Source: Octopus sinensis
Lineage: Eukaryota
Length of the DNA stretch: 64,000 bases
NCBI RefSeq assembly: GCF_006345805.1
Contig: NC_043001.1
Span: 82,336,001 to 82,400,000, forward strand
Reading direction: 5' to 3'
Every line of letters begins with the position of its first letter. Positions within the stretch are counted from its first letter, which is position 1. This document shows, piece by piece, positions 38,907 through 52,132 of this stretch. The notes under the pieces are model-generated. The model searched no databases. It was given only the letters and a program-made list of their open reading frames with translations, and was not told the origin of the DNA. The position numbers were made by a program, and so were the translations under genes.

Positions 38907-40079
38907 TTTTCGTCCTGTCTTACCCTGCACTTTACTTCTTGTATTACGCATCACTTCCTGTGTTAAACTATATTTCCTGTATTATATTTCTTGTCTTACA
39001 CTGTTATATTTTCCAGAATTTGTTATATTATGCGGCACATTTATTTATCCGAAACATACCAGCACTTGCAGTATTATCCAATATTTTCTATATGACATAT
39101 ACTTCCATTATTACACAGCATATCCTTACTTACTCTACACTCTCTCTGCAACTCTCAACTTGTATTACCATTTATTATTACTTTATACTTCCTTGAACCG
39201 GAACCAGCTGGCAGAGGATCTACTTGGGGTTAAAAGGGTAGCAATGTCGAACAGCCATATTGATGTGGCTATAAATATTACTTCTTAGTATGGTTACTAC
39301 TTTTATCTCTTATTGAGATTAATCTAACTAGCTACTTCCTATATTATTTTGTACTTATTCTACAACCTTACTTCCCGTATCATCCAGTACTTCCTGAATA
39401 TAACTCTGTACTTCCTATATAACATACAATTTCTTGCTTTAATCCGTACTTCCAAGATTTGCCTGTCCTTTCTGTTATTGAGAGGTTTCAACTGAGTTTT
39501 GGATCATAGTCCTCAGATTTTCCCAGCTCAGAACCTGACCTCCTGTATTTTCATGAATGGAAAAGGTCACCATAAAAGATATTATGTGAATATAACTCGA
39601 CCAGTCTGCATTAGCTGACTTCTTATGGTTTGTGCAGCAAACTTTAAAGGAAATATGAGAATTTTACCGCCAAACGGTCTTGCCAAATTTTCTAGAAAGA
39701 TGTCTTGTTACAGTCATAAAATGCTGAAAAATTCAACCTCAGACCGGAGCCGTTCAGCTGCCTAGACGAATCGATGACACTTGGTTCAGTGAGTTGGTCT
39801 CGACTTCTTCCCCTTTTCTTATTTAATATGCTTATGTCATATTTCACGAAATGCACCAGCCTTAACTTGTGGTGCTGTGTAACGCACATTAATTATATGC
39901 AGTGATTTAAATTCTTTGCACTACTTGCATAAAATTATCTGACAAGTTGAATTACAGATGATTCCGAAGTGTTGTATTCTCTGCTTTATGAACTTTATGA
40001 TAATTTATTTGTAGTTGTAGATGTAGGCACAGACATAACTGTATGGTTAAGAAGCTTGCTTTTGATCCATGTTTCGAAT

Positions 40080-40610
40080 TAGTTAGTTAGTTAGTTAGTT
40101 AATTTGGCTCAAAAGCAAATAGCAAGGCCATGTAGGGGGGACATGGAGTTAAGTACAGGGTGGTGTTCATGTAAAGAGTTCAGGCCACTTGAGGTCCAGG
40201 GAGGCTTTGAACAAAGCGGTCGTCGGCATCTTCACCATCTCGTCTGGCAGCTTGTTTCACGGATCCGCAACCCGGACGGAGAAAGCTCCTTTCCTTCGAT
40301 TGAGATGAAATCGTCGCAGGTAGAGCTTTTCGGAATGACCCCGCAGCCGACGCTCTGGAGCAGGAGTGAAGAACAGCTCTTTCGAGAGATTACACTTTCC
40401 GCTTATGATGTTGTGGGCGAGAATGAGATCACCACGGCGGCGGCGTTTTTCAAGAGAATAAAGGTCGAGCGTCCTCAGCCTTTCTTCGTAGGACAAATTT
40501 TTGAGACCATGCACCATGCGGGTAGCCAGCTTCTGGACTCTTTCGAGATGCTGTATGTCTTTGAGGAGATAAGGAGAAGAGGCTTTTATCCCATTGTACA
40601 GTACCTTCGA
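40080..40610 (-). mobile_element. CR1-group LINE, 5'-truncated, inserted within a family-A SINE
   Basis: SPYLLKDIQHLERVQKLATRMVHGLKNLSYEERLRTLDLYSLEKRRRRGDLI...FSVRVADPWNKLP is a CR1-type RT C-terminus with a (TAAC)n tail. A SINE head lies at ~40026-40078 and a SINE tail at ~40611-40790. Confidence 0.9.
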
Positions 40611-40831
40611 CACCGCTTGACAGTTGGTGTTGTTTGTTTACGCACTTGCCGTTCGGCAAAAGTGAATGATAGGATAACTACCTGTCTTAGAAATAAATAC
40701 TGCGGTCGATTCGTGCGACTAAAATCATTCAAGGCGTGCTCGAGAGATTAGCTGCAGTCCAATGGATGAAACAAGTAAAAGACAAAATATAAATATAAAC
40801 GATGTGCTTTAATAACTGAAAGATACCATTC

Positions 40832-40865
<34 letters not shown>

Positions 40866-41881
40866 GAAGGGTATCTTATATATATATATATATATATATA
40901 TACAATATTCAATAAAGGGTGGAATATAATTAATTTAATAAAATTAATCAATTTCACCTAGTAGATTTGTCGGTATGGAAAAGACCATATTTGGTAAGGG
41001 TTATAATAATTATAATAAAGGGTTAAAAGCAACAAGTTGCTCAAAACCACATACCGAAAATATTAGAAATAGCAGCCAAAATTGGTCAGTATTTCCTCTA
41101 CTAGTAAAAAGTCTCCACAAACAAACAGAATTTGTAAGCTGTGTATGGCAAAAAAAGGCAGAAAATAATGAAAACCCAGCCTCTGGATTAATTATAGACG
41201 ACTCGTTTCTGGATTAGAACCGAAGGTTCATTTCCTTGTCAATATAATATTTCCTATAGATCTAGAAATGCTAGGGGGAAAAACTTACCCGTTACACCAG
41301 TACGATCTGCAACTGAAACAAGTACTTGACTGAAACAATATTCATCCAGAATGGATTTGAAATCAAAGTTACCGGAAAATCCATGTTGTATCTATATTAT
41401 ATTACTGTTTTCTCCACTACATATACTAGCTGTATTACTCTATATTTCAAGCAACACCCTGTAGATCTTGCATTACTCTGTAATTCCTGTAACATCTAAT
41501 GCATCAATGACAATGTATAAAATTCAACATAGCTTAAAATTATAGATTTGTGAAGCTAATGAGTCTATAAGCATGGGTATAACTTCATTAAACTAATCTT
41601 AATCTTCTGAATATGTATTATTGATGTAACATCCTCGTTTTAAAATACAGGCTCTAATATCATTGACACTCACATTTATCTAACTCTAAAGTTACAATTA
41701 AATTTCAAATACCCTAGCGCCGCCCCATCGAATCTCTAGTTAATCAACTCTGATTGCTGTGGTTCCTATTTACAACCTGTAATATTGTCCTTAATGGATA
41801 CATGTGGTGTTGGATTGATAGAAATCTATATTAGAGCTTATATACATGTAAGCGCATGCGTATATATATATATATATGTAC

Positions 41882-41943
<62 letters not shown>

Positions 41944-42348
41944 TGTGTGTGTGTGTGTGTGTACGTATTATTATGTGTATATATATGTATGTATGTAATA
42001 TATATATATATATATATTATTATATATATATATTATATATATGTATGTATGTATATACATATATATATATATATATGCTTGTATGTGCCAGTATATATAT
42101 ATATGTATATGTGCATACACACATAAAATTTTGCATATGTTAGAACACAAGTACGGATATATATATATTATATATATATATATATTATATATACATATAC
42201 ATATACACACATGTGTAGCGTTATGTGTGTGTGTGTAAACATATATACATACATATATATATATAGATAGATAGATGTGTATATATAGAGATGTATATAC
42301 ATGCATATATAAATATACATAAATATAAATATATACATATACATATAA

Positions 42349-42380
<32 letters not shown>

Positions 42381-44088
42381 CATACATACATACATATATA
42401 CATATATTTATATATATATAGGTTGATGGGTAGTTAGAGGAATAGATAGATAAGATGTTAGATTTGAATGTGCGCAGGTGTACATGTAGGCATGCTTATG
42501 TTTGCATGTGTATAGCTAGACATGCATCTCTCTCTCACACACACACACAAACACACATACATGCACATGTATGTATATATACATATACACACATATATAT
42601 ATATATATGTACATGCATAAAAATATATGCACACACATACAGATTCCATCAGGATTGAGAGAACGTGAGATAGATGAATAGGAGAGGTAGACATGGAGAA
42701 AATTATTTACTCCCATAACCCGCCCCGCCACACGCTCACACACACGCGCGCGTAAACTCACACGCACGCACACATTCAGATCACCACCACCATAAATTGA
42801 AGAGTCTGCTTCATGTAATATATGACATTACATCAAGCAGACTCTTCAATTTATTATTAGAAATTGCAAGAACTTTAATCTCTAATTCAGTGAAAATTCA
42901 TCCTTTTTCAATCGATTCATAATTGAATTATAGTTAGTCAAAGCGCAAAATTGAATACCAAAACGTAATTATTTGTTTAGTTCAATCGCATTTGGACAGA
43001 ATAAATATATTCTTCATAATAGCATCACTTTGGTTTCTTCAGTCGATTCCGAAGATGAATTTAGAAATCTTCATTCGTTAATTCCAATGAATACCTGATC
43101 ACACGGTATATGACAAGTCCCCCGATTTTAAATAAACTTAACACTTTCCTTTAAATATCGATTTCCTATAAGGCGGCAATCTTAAAGAGGCAGGAAATGA
43201 GATTTGGTACCTTTCATGTGTTTCACAATGGAAGAGCATCAACCGTATCAAAAACTGAAACTGGGAAATTTACAATCACTCTCCTTTGACATAATATTTT
43301 CTGGCATACAAGTCGACGCGACGTAGTTAGTATGAAGTGCATAAACGTAACGTAAATATTCAGGTACCATCACTATCTATCGACGTCTTGTTGCATTTCA
43401 CACGGAATTTTTGGTTATCCAAGTTCGTTTTGCTCAATCTGTTGAACTACCATTTTTTTTCTTTGTGCCTGTAAATTTTCGTCGGAAAAATTTGACTTGT
43501 ACGCCTTCTATTAATGTCAATATAGAAGAGTAGGAAGTGAATAATTTAACCTAGCTTATTTTAAAACATATGAGCTCGAGAGTATTTCAAAGAAAACAAT
43601 AACAAGCAATTGAGCGTCTGTGTGTGTTTGCGCGCGCGCGTAGTTATGTTCCCCTCTCCCCTACAATAAGCTTGATAAAATGTGTTGGTTTGTTTACATC
43701 ACCGTAACTTAGCGACTCGGCAAAAGAAGTTGAAAGAATAAGTACCAAAATAAAAAGAAAATGTATTGAAACGATCTGTTCGACTGAAACCTTCCAGCTT
43801 GTGCTCCTGCATGGCCGCAATACGATGATTGGAATACAAAAGAAAGATGGCTGCACACACACATACAAAGTAATATACTCACCAATTTATATATATATAT
43901 ATATATATATGCAGGGTGATCAAAAATAGGTTTACAGTTATCACGTAGGTACTTCAAATTTCTTTTTAAACATTTTATTACATTTAAATTTCTATCTTAC
44001 AACTAACTAAATTAGCATGGAATAATGGTTTCATATTTTTTCATAATTAAGATCTAAACTATTAATATATGAATGCCCAAGAGATAGT

Positions 44089-44485
44089 TAGGAGTGGCTG
44101 TGTGGTAAGTAGCTTGTTTACCAACCACATGGTTCCGGGTTCAGTCCCACTGCATGGCACCTTGGGCAGGTGTCTTCTACCATAGCCTCGGGCCGACCAA
44201 AGCCTTGTGAGTGAATTTGATAGACGGAAACTGAAAGAAGCCCATCGTATATATGTATATATGTACGTGTGTGTATATGTTTGTGTGTCTGTGTTCCCCC
44301 AACATCGCTTGACAACCGATGCTGCTGTTTCTATGTCCCCGTAACTTAGCGGTTCGGCCAAAGACACCGATAGAATAAGTACTAGGCTTACAAAGAATAA
44401 GTCCTGGGGTTGATTTGCTCGACTAAAGGCGGTGCTCCAGCATGGCCACAGGCAAATGACTGAAACAAGTAAAAGAGTAAAAGAG
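44089..44485 (+). mobile_element. SINE family A, full length
   Basis: Colinear with 28634-29084. Confidence 0.92.
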
Positions 44486-44514
44486 AATACCTGTAAACCT
44501 ATATTCGGACCAAC

Positions 44515-44550
<36 letters not shown>

Positions 44551-45572
44551 ATCTGCATTTATCATTTATATATACTGTTATACACATCAATATACGATAC
44601 ACTAAAGAATCCAACAAATTTCTTACTCTCCGAAGAATACATGAAAATCGATAAATATTCCTCTCCGTATTGACTTTTTGGTCAGATTCTTACTGTTCAA
44701 ATATTATTCTCAATATATTTCTGTCCTGTCCCCTAAGTTAAATACGAAGCATTTCTGCAGAATCTATCGTTGAATATAGACTGTTTGTTTTCTTCCGTTG
44801 TATTCTTGAAGCACAGATCGCGTTTCACGCGTGTAAACCATTGCCTCCGACGCAGTTTTGAGCATATATTCGTATGTGCATAGAAACGTGCACAAAACAC
44901 TCACACACATGCACAAACGCACACGAACGCACGCGTGCACTACCACGCGCGCACACACACAGATAAACGCAAACAAACGCACATATGCACACTCGCGTGC
45001 ACACCAAGACACTGGCCAAATGTACGTATAGAAAGATAGTACATTAACTTGAATATATGGACAACACAGACTTTCATACATTCATACATACACCCACCTC
45101 CGCACACACATGAAATTATAATCTATCTATCTATCTATCTTTTTTTTTTTTGCTTTTCTCTTTCCTTTTACGATCCCTTTTGATCGAAAACCAAACCCAC
45201 TTTTTTTATGCCCAAAAGAAAAGCTCTACCTTGTAATTTGTCCCGTCTGTGTGCAGCCCTGTGTGGCTAATAAAGAAACATATCTATCTGTCGATCTATC
45301 TACAATTATGTTAAGAACTTTATTAGCTTACAAGTGTTTCTGCTATACGATGTTACGCACTCTTAATTGAATGCTTAAGTATCGCCCTTTAGCTTCATCG
45401 GGGGTTCGAATATGAAGTGCGATTTTATTTGTGAAAATATATGTACTTCACATTTTACATACTAGCAGATTACAAATATATATATTCATTGATATTGAAT
45501 ACTAAAAAAATAGAAATTGCGTTTAAGGAGACGAGAATATTTGACTAAATTATGCATTACATTACCAGCCAA

Positions 45573-45646
<74 letters not shown>

Positions 45647-46048
45647 GACCAAGGTTACCGTGGTCTTTTTCGTAGGCTTTTCTTCCCACGGATAAACCTT
45701 ACTTGCTTTCCCCTTTATACCATATATCATAACACTGTGATACACGATTCTTATTGATCGTTCTTTTTTTTCCTCTTCCCCCTTTTTCCCCCCCTTTTTT
45801 TCTTCTTTTTTCATCTCTTTTCTCTTGTTCCTTTTCCTTTTCCTTTTTTTTCTTCTTTTTCTTCTTTTTATTTTTTATTTTATTTATTCATTTATTTTTT
45901 TTTGTACTTTTCTTCCCTTTTACCATCCCTCTTGATCGAAAACCTACGCCACACCCCCTTTTTTTTGTTTTCTTCATCCCCCAAAAGAAAAGCTCTACCT
46001 TGTAACTTGTCCCATCTGTGTGCAGCCCTGTGTGGCCAATAAAGAAAC

Positions 46049-46049
<1 letters not shown>

Positions 46050-46097
<48 letters not shown>

Positions 46098-46099
46098 AG

Positions 46100-46177
<78 letters not shown>

Positions 46178-46188
46178 AGTCTATCTAT

Positions 46189-46268
<80 letters not shown>

Positions 46269-46270
46269 TT
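46050..46270. repeat. (ATCT)n microsatellite
   Basis: Direct reading. Confidence 0.95.
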
Positions 46271-46297
46271 ATCAATCTGTCTGTCTTAATTCCTAAG

Positions 46298-46783
46298 TTT
46301 GATCAATTGGAACTGATAGGGAATACAGTTTTTCAACAACATGGTGCACATTGTCACTTTGCTCTGAAAGTTAGGCGGTTTCTAAATGAGAAATTCCCTC
46401 AAAGATGGATTGGAAGAGGTGGACCATTATTTTGGCCTCGACGTTCACAAGATTTGACTGCATTGGATTTCTTTTTATAGGGTCGTGTGAAAAGTATTGT
46501 TTATTCAACTAAGGCTTGATTTTAAGAAGACTTGAAAAGAAGGATAACTGATGTGAATGACAGTGTTACAGAAAATCAGCTGGAAAATGTTTTCCGAGAA
46601 CTGCAGAATCATATTTCTCATTGCATTAGTAACGATGGTGGACATGTTGAAAATTGACAGCATGAATAAATGATTTAGCTCATTCTCCTTTCTTATCCTT
46701 TTCACAGCTTAATTCTATCATGTATAGTTACGAAGATACAAGTATTTTAAATTGCAAAATTGCACCATGACTTAATGGACACT

Positions 46784-46787
<4 letters not shown>
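46298..46787 (+). mobile_element. DD41D (rosa/VS-type) mariner transposase 3' remnant with right TIR
   Basis: FQQ[H][46 protein letters not shown] has 41 residues between the second Asp position (mutated to H) and the third. It ends in ...ggacacttgta. Confidence 0.85.
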
Positions 46788-46856
<69 letters not shown>

Positions 46857-46879
46857 ATGTATGTATGTATATATATATA

Positions 46880-47085
46880 TATATTATATAAAAATCCGTA
46901 CTGTCTGTCTCTGTGTGTCTTCTAGGATCTCGGGCATCCTCCATCTGATTGCGCTCAAATTTGATATGTAGATACTGACGGTATCTGGGCGTATATTAGT
47001 CCTGAAAAAATTACAAAAATCGACTCCAGGTGAGAATGCGATCGATAAAGCATTCTCACCTGGATCGATCGAAACTACGCGTACG
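46880..47085 (+). mobile_element. Helitron/Helentron-like non-autonomous element fragment
   Basis: Starts tatataaaaatc + (ctgt)n after a TA run and carries a 15-bp perfect hairpin at 47025-47064. The family call is tentative. Confidence 0.4.
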
Positions 47086-47265
47086 CGAGAAAAATGCACG
47101 TGCAGTTTGCGCAAAAAAAAAGGCCGGCCTGTTTGGTATCTCAAATTTAGGTTAAATCAGTGTTTCTTAAAGGGGAGACCTATGAGACGGTTGGACAAGT
47201 TGTTTTGAGAAAATTTGGTTTAAATGTTTGACAACTCAGCACCATTGGACGGGGGCGTTTTGCTC

Positions 47266-47332
<67 letters not shown>

Positions 47333-47589
47333 TATATTATTATATGCGTGTGTGTGTGTGTGTGTAGTACATGAGAGAGTCTTTATGCCAATAATAATAA
47401 AACTCGAACAGGTTCAATTCCCTAAAAATGGTTGCGAATAGCGACGAAAGACCTTTGAGTTACAAACAATCAATTGATCGTTTAACCAGCACTTTAAAGA
47501 ATCGATCGTTTGGTTAGACATTGGTTAACCAATTGACTAACAATAAAGAAGTGAAATTGAACCAGTGCGTGTGTGTTATTATTCTTTTC

Positions 47590-47795
47590 TATTCGTGGCA
47601 CAAGGCCCAAAATATTGGGGGAGGGGCCCCAGTGGATTATATCAACCTCAGTACGCAACTGGTACTTAATTTATCGATCCCGAAAGGATGAAAGGCAAAC
47701 TCGTCCTCGACGAAATTTGAACTCAGAACATAAATACAGATGAAATAAGCACTTCAGCCGGCGTTCTAACGTTTCTGCAAGCTCGCTGCCTTATT
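47590..47795 (-). mobile_element. SINE family B
   Basis: Colinear with family B. Confidence 0.82.
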
Positions 47796-47887
47796 TCGCT
47801 GTAATGTTTCTTTCAAGACACAACAAAACTTGTTTCAATACACGAATTCACATCAAGGATCTTGCAGACCAAATACAAGAACGAAGT

Positions 47888-47888
47888 G

Positions 47889-47939
<51 letters not shown>

Positions 47940-48215
47940 ATGTATGTATGTATGTATGTATGTTTGTATGTATGTATGTATGTATGTATGTATGTTTGTA
48001 TGTATGTATGTATGTTTGTATGTATGTATGTATGTATGTATGTTTGTATGTATGTATGTAAGTTTGTATGTATGTATGTATGCATGCATGCATGCATGTA
48101 TGTATGTATGCATGTATGTATGAATGTGTGCATGTATGTATGTATGTATGTATGTATGTATGTATGCAGCATGCATGTATGTATGTATGTAGGTAGGTAT
48201 GTATGTATGTAGGTA
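47888..48215. repeat. (GTCT)n/(GTAT)n microsatellite
   Basis: Direct reading. Confidence 0.95.
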
Positions 48216-48614
48216 TGCATGTCTGTATGTAAATGTGTCGTTTGTATGTATGTATATGTATATATATGTATGTACATATATATTCGGTCGTCGTTCTACT
48301 TTTTCTCTCTCTCTCTCCCTCCCTCCTCTCTCTCTCTCTTCTTTCATTCCGTTCAGGGGTTGACATCCAAACAACTGTACACTTTTATCTCAGCATATTT
48401 TGTACGTATACTGACTCCGGTGTTTGTTTCGTTTGCTTGCCTTATTTGTTTGTCTTTAAAGCTCATTATTCTTTGTATTCTTATGTTGATTACGAGAAGG
48501 GAGAGCTAAGCAGTGATGTGTATGAATGCAATGTTCAAATATGCTATTGGTATGATCTAATTCGTAAGCAAGCCATTCATTGTGTTTTGTCATGGAGAAA
48601 TTATCTAGCTGTAT

Positions 48615-48976
48615 ACAAATGGTGTAAATATATCTAAATCAGCCCGCAGCGCCACCTCTCCAGACTATAAGATGTAAGTATTTCGTAGTGGTTATCTCCT
48701 CTTCAGTTACAAAAACCGGACGGGGGCGCTGCGAGCTGATAAGAGAGATTGTCTCTCTTATGCTATTCCAGTCATCGTACGATGGCTGGTAACGATAATC
48801 GGCGGCTCGCCGTAAACAAGTTACGGGGAAAGAAGGACGAGCGGAATAGCATAAGAGACACAATCCCTTTTATCACCTCGCAGCACACTCTGTCCGGTTT
48901 CTGTGATTGAAGAGGAGGCAACCACTCCAAAACGCTTGCATCTCAGTCTGTAGAGGTTTGTATTTACACCATTTGT
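48615..48976. mobile_element. MITE/foldback element with ~135-155-bp imperfect TIRs
   Basis: 48615-48769 pairs with 48843-48976 (acaaatggtgtaaata / tatttacaccatttgt; ctcttatgctattcc / ggaatagcataagag). Confidence 0.85.
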
Positions 48977-50417
48977 TCATAGTGAGAAATTTCTCCATGA
49001 CAAAACACAGTGAATGGCTTGTTTATGAGTTCAAACGTACCACTAGCATATTCGAACTTGGTAATAACATTGCATTTATACCTATGTTGAGCCAACAGAC
49101 TTAAATATTTGCCGTATATCAGTATATTTCATAACTTTCAGTGAATTTTCATATATTTCAAGTTTTGATAACTCGTGATACTGTAAAAGCTGTTCCGTGT
49201 TTCATTGTCTTAGTCATTTTATATTCTTGTCCTAACTGACCTTTCCTAGCTGAAGTTTTCTTTACATCTATTCGCACTCTGAATCTGTGGTCCTGCTTTA
49301 AAACGTATCGAAACAGCGTATGTTCACTGATCCGCTGATGATAGAAAATATTGATTTGCTGGAGCTTCTGACTTGTTTTCTGTGTTTAATTCTTCTCAAC
49401 TTTGTAACGTAGCGCAGATTTCCCCCTAAGAATGTTGCTTATATATTATTTTTTCGTGGAAGTTCTTTCCTCCGATATTTTCTCTTCCCCCACCTACCTG
49501 TCTGGTCTTCCTTATCTCTCTTCACTCATCCATCCCCCTCTCTCTCTCTCATGCCTTTCTCTCCTGTAATCATTGTCTTATTCCCGTCTTTTCATCTGTC
49601 TTCACCTTACAATTTGTGCCTCTCCCCCTTCCCTATCTCTTCCTCTTTCGTTCTTAAATCCTTTCCCGAATTCCCTTAAACCTGTTTGTTAGTTCTTATT
49701 AAAACTTAGTTTCGCTGTAATTCATTTTGCTCTCCGTTGCCTTTTCCTATTTCTCTGAGACGTAACGTTCAAGCAATTACTTATATCCCCTGTTCGTCTG
49801 TTTATTTTACTTTAGTCGAAAGTTTTTCAATCTCTCTTTAATATCCTTTATCAGCTCATCCCCTCAGTTGCTGGTCTCAGCCTTAAAAACTAATTATTTT
49901 TCGTATTTTTCCTGTTACGAAGTTAGACTTAGATATTTGTTGAACATAATTTTCTCTCAATGTATTTATATTTTCGTACACCTATTCTTGTCTTATCTCG
50001 TGATACTGTAAATACACTGTTCCACGTTTCGTGGTTCCAACGCTCATTCTATTGGCCCGTATTTACTACACCGTTGCTCAGTCGAATATTTCTTTGACTC
50101 TATTGCTACACTGAAACCTGGAATCATGTTTTAAAACGTGCCGAAACTGCGCAACTTTACTGAAGAACTAATGAAAAATGCGTCCAAGTTTGTACTTTTC
50201 CATTATTATTTTTTGATGTTTTCTGTGCCAAATTATACTTGCTCCATTTCCTTCTCTCTCCCCCTTTCCTTTTCTCTCTCTCCCTCCACACCCTATTTGT
50301 GTATATCTGTTAGTCTATCTACCTATGTATACATACACACACATACACATCGTAAATGTTTGTTTACATTATTCATGAGAAGATTTATATTGTTTGTAAC
50401 TTTGGTATTTGAAATGC

Positions 50418-50473
50418 GAGGCAACTAATCCCTGATGAGCGCTAAGAAAAGCGAAACTGATCGGTCGTTCCTC
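50418..50473 (+). ncRNA. HHR-like motif with a canonical core but imperfect stems
   Basis: CUGAUGA (50432-38)...GAAA-CU(GAUC)GG-UC. Stem II is weak, and stem I (GAGG-C-AAC/GUUCCUC) is offset from the core by 6 nt. Confidence 0.5.
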
Positions 50474-50544
50474 ACTTTTAACTGCTAAAGTCTCGTATAC
50501 TTTATACACCAATTATATTATCCCCACGGCGAGATATGTTTATT

Positions 50545-50644
50545 NNNNNNNNNNNNNNNNNNNNNNNNNNNNNNNNNNNNNNNNNNNNNNNNNNNNNNNN
50601 NNNNNNNNNNNNNNNNNNNNNNNNNNNNNNNNNNNNNNNNNNNN
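50545..50644. other. Assembly gap (100 N)
   Basis: Run of N. Confidence 1.
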
Positions 50645-51254
50645 GGCCATTATTATTTAAACTTCGCTCATGGGAATCCGTGAATATGGCACCAATATGG
50701 AATGTTAGCATGAATGAATAACATTTGTATGGCAAATCATATTTTTCCACCAGCCATGAATATGTATACCATTTATGATTATAATTGCGTATGTGCGTGT
50801 ATGTGTAAATGTGTATGTGTTCGAGTGTGTGCCTGCGCGCGAGCGAGTGTTTATGTGTGTGTGTACATGTGTGTATCTCGTCCTGGTAAAATATAGTTAG
50901 CTCCATAATTACTTATCACACCAAAGACTCATTTCCTCGCCATTTCAACCAAAATCGAAATGATGCCTAATATTAATTCCTTCCGCTAAAAACTAACGGC
51001 TTATATATTTATATTGGAAAGAAAAAGTGAAGCAAGATGTTGTGGCCTTCATTCTTTACATCCAGAGCTCGGAAGGTATAAGTGAAACGAAATGGTTTTG
51101 AAATCAAATCAAAAACTAGGTCAAATTCTCGTCTCGTTTACAAATTTCCTCGATTCTTACTTTAAGTCATCCTAATAGATTTACTGCCTTGTAGGAACTG
51201 TGTTGAAAAATTCCTGGCATTGGGTAAAAGAAATTCAACGTGGATCAGTTAATT

Positions 51255-51500
51255 ACGATTTTATTCAATATATTCTCCTCTCAGATTCACACACTTACTG
51301 CAGCGGTCCTTCAGGTTTTCTAATCCCTGTAAAAGAATTCGGAAGGATGGACCTCCAGCCATGCCTTTCGCGAAGCCATTAGAGCCAAGAATTTTCAGCA
51401 CCTCCTTCGTAACTGTATACATGTCCATAGTACTGGAACTGTGATCTCTCAACGCGAAGAAATAGCGGTTCAACTGTGAGAGATTCCCTGGTCATCGAAT
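51255..51500 (-). mobile_element. mariner transposase C-terminal remnant
   Basis: ...RILLQGLENLKDRCSKCVNLRGEYIE resembles the mariner terminal GIxxLxxRWxKCxxxxGxYxE motif. Confidence 0.55.
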
Positions 51501-51859
51501 TACACACCCTTTCGAGTAACGTTGCACCAGAGATCACTCAGAGGAACCTCATTTCGACCGTTTGTATTTGCAGTCATTATCCAACCTTCTGAACTATAGG
51601 TGAAGATAGGCACACAACTGGATTCAAGATAACAAGTTTTCTGAGGATTAAGTACTAGAAACAGCGCTTTATTGTGTTAGCATCTTGCAATTCAATAATC
51701 CAGTCGAACCACCCGCTTTCCATCATTTGTGAATACTGCCGCGGGGTACTTAACATTCTCCACTTTTTTCAGTGACTATGCAGAGCTCACTGGAAACGGG
51801 AAATACTTTCTTAAGAGGGATTATGCCGCTTTCTTCGCAACACTATTTCTTGGGATTAG

Positions 51860-51995
51860 AACGCCGCTTGAAAGACTAGGCTCGCCAGACGAATTCTTCA
51901 AACCGAGCCAACCGGCAGGAGACCTAGAGATCGACCAAGGATGGGTCGGCTGGATAATATCTATAGTCTAAGCTGGTAATGCTTGGGAATCTAGT
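51860..51995 (+). mobile_element. RTE-clade LINE, 3' fragment
   Basis: RLARRILQTEPTGRRPRDRP..WLDNIYSLSW; same family as 19535-19700. Confidence 0.7.
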
Positions 51996-52064
51996 TAGAA
52001 AGTGCAATATATATATATATAAATGCAAACACACACACACACACACACCACACACACACACACA

Positions 52065-52132
<68 letters not shown>

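Noticed and set aside
38665-39288. 207-aa ORF
   Set aside because: It runs through a SINE, (CTA)n and low-complexity DNA, with no recognisable domain.
40104-40751. 215-aa plus-strand ORF
   Set aside because: It is the antisense shadow of the CR1 LINE fragment on the minus strand.
40955-41000. Possible eroded pLTR/HHR on the minus strand (atatggtcttttccataccgaca)
   Set aside because: Both core halves are mutated, so it is indistinguishable from chance.
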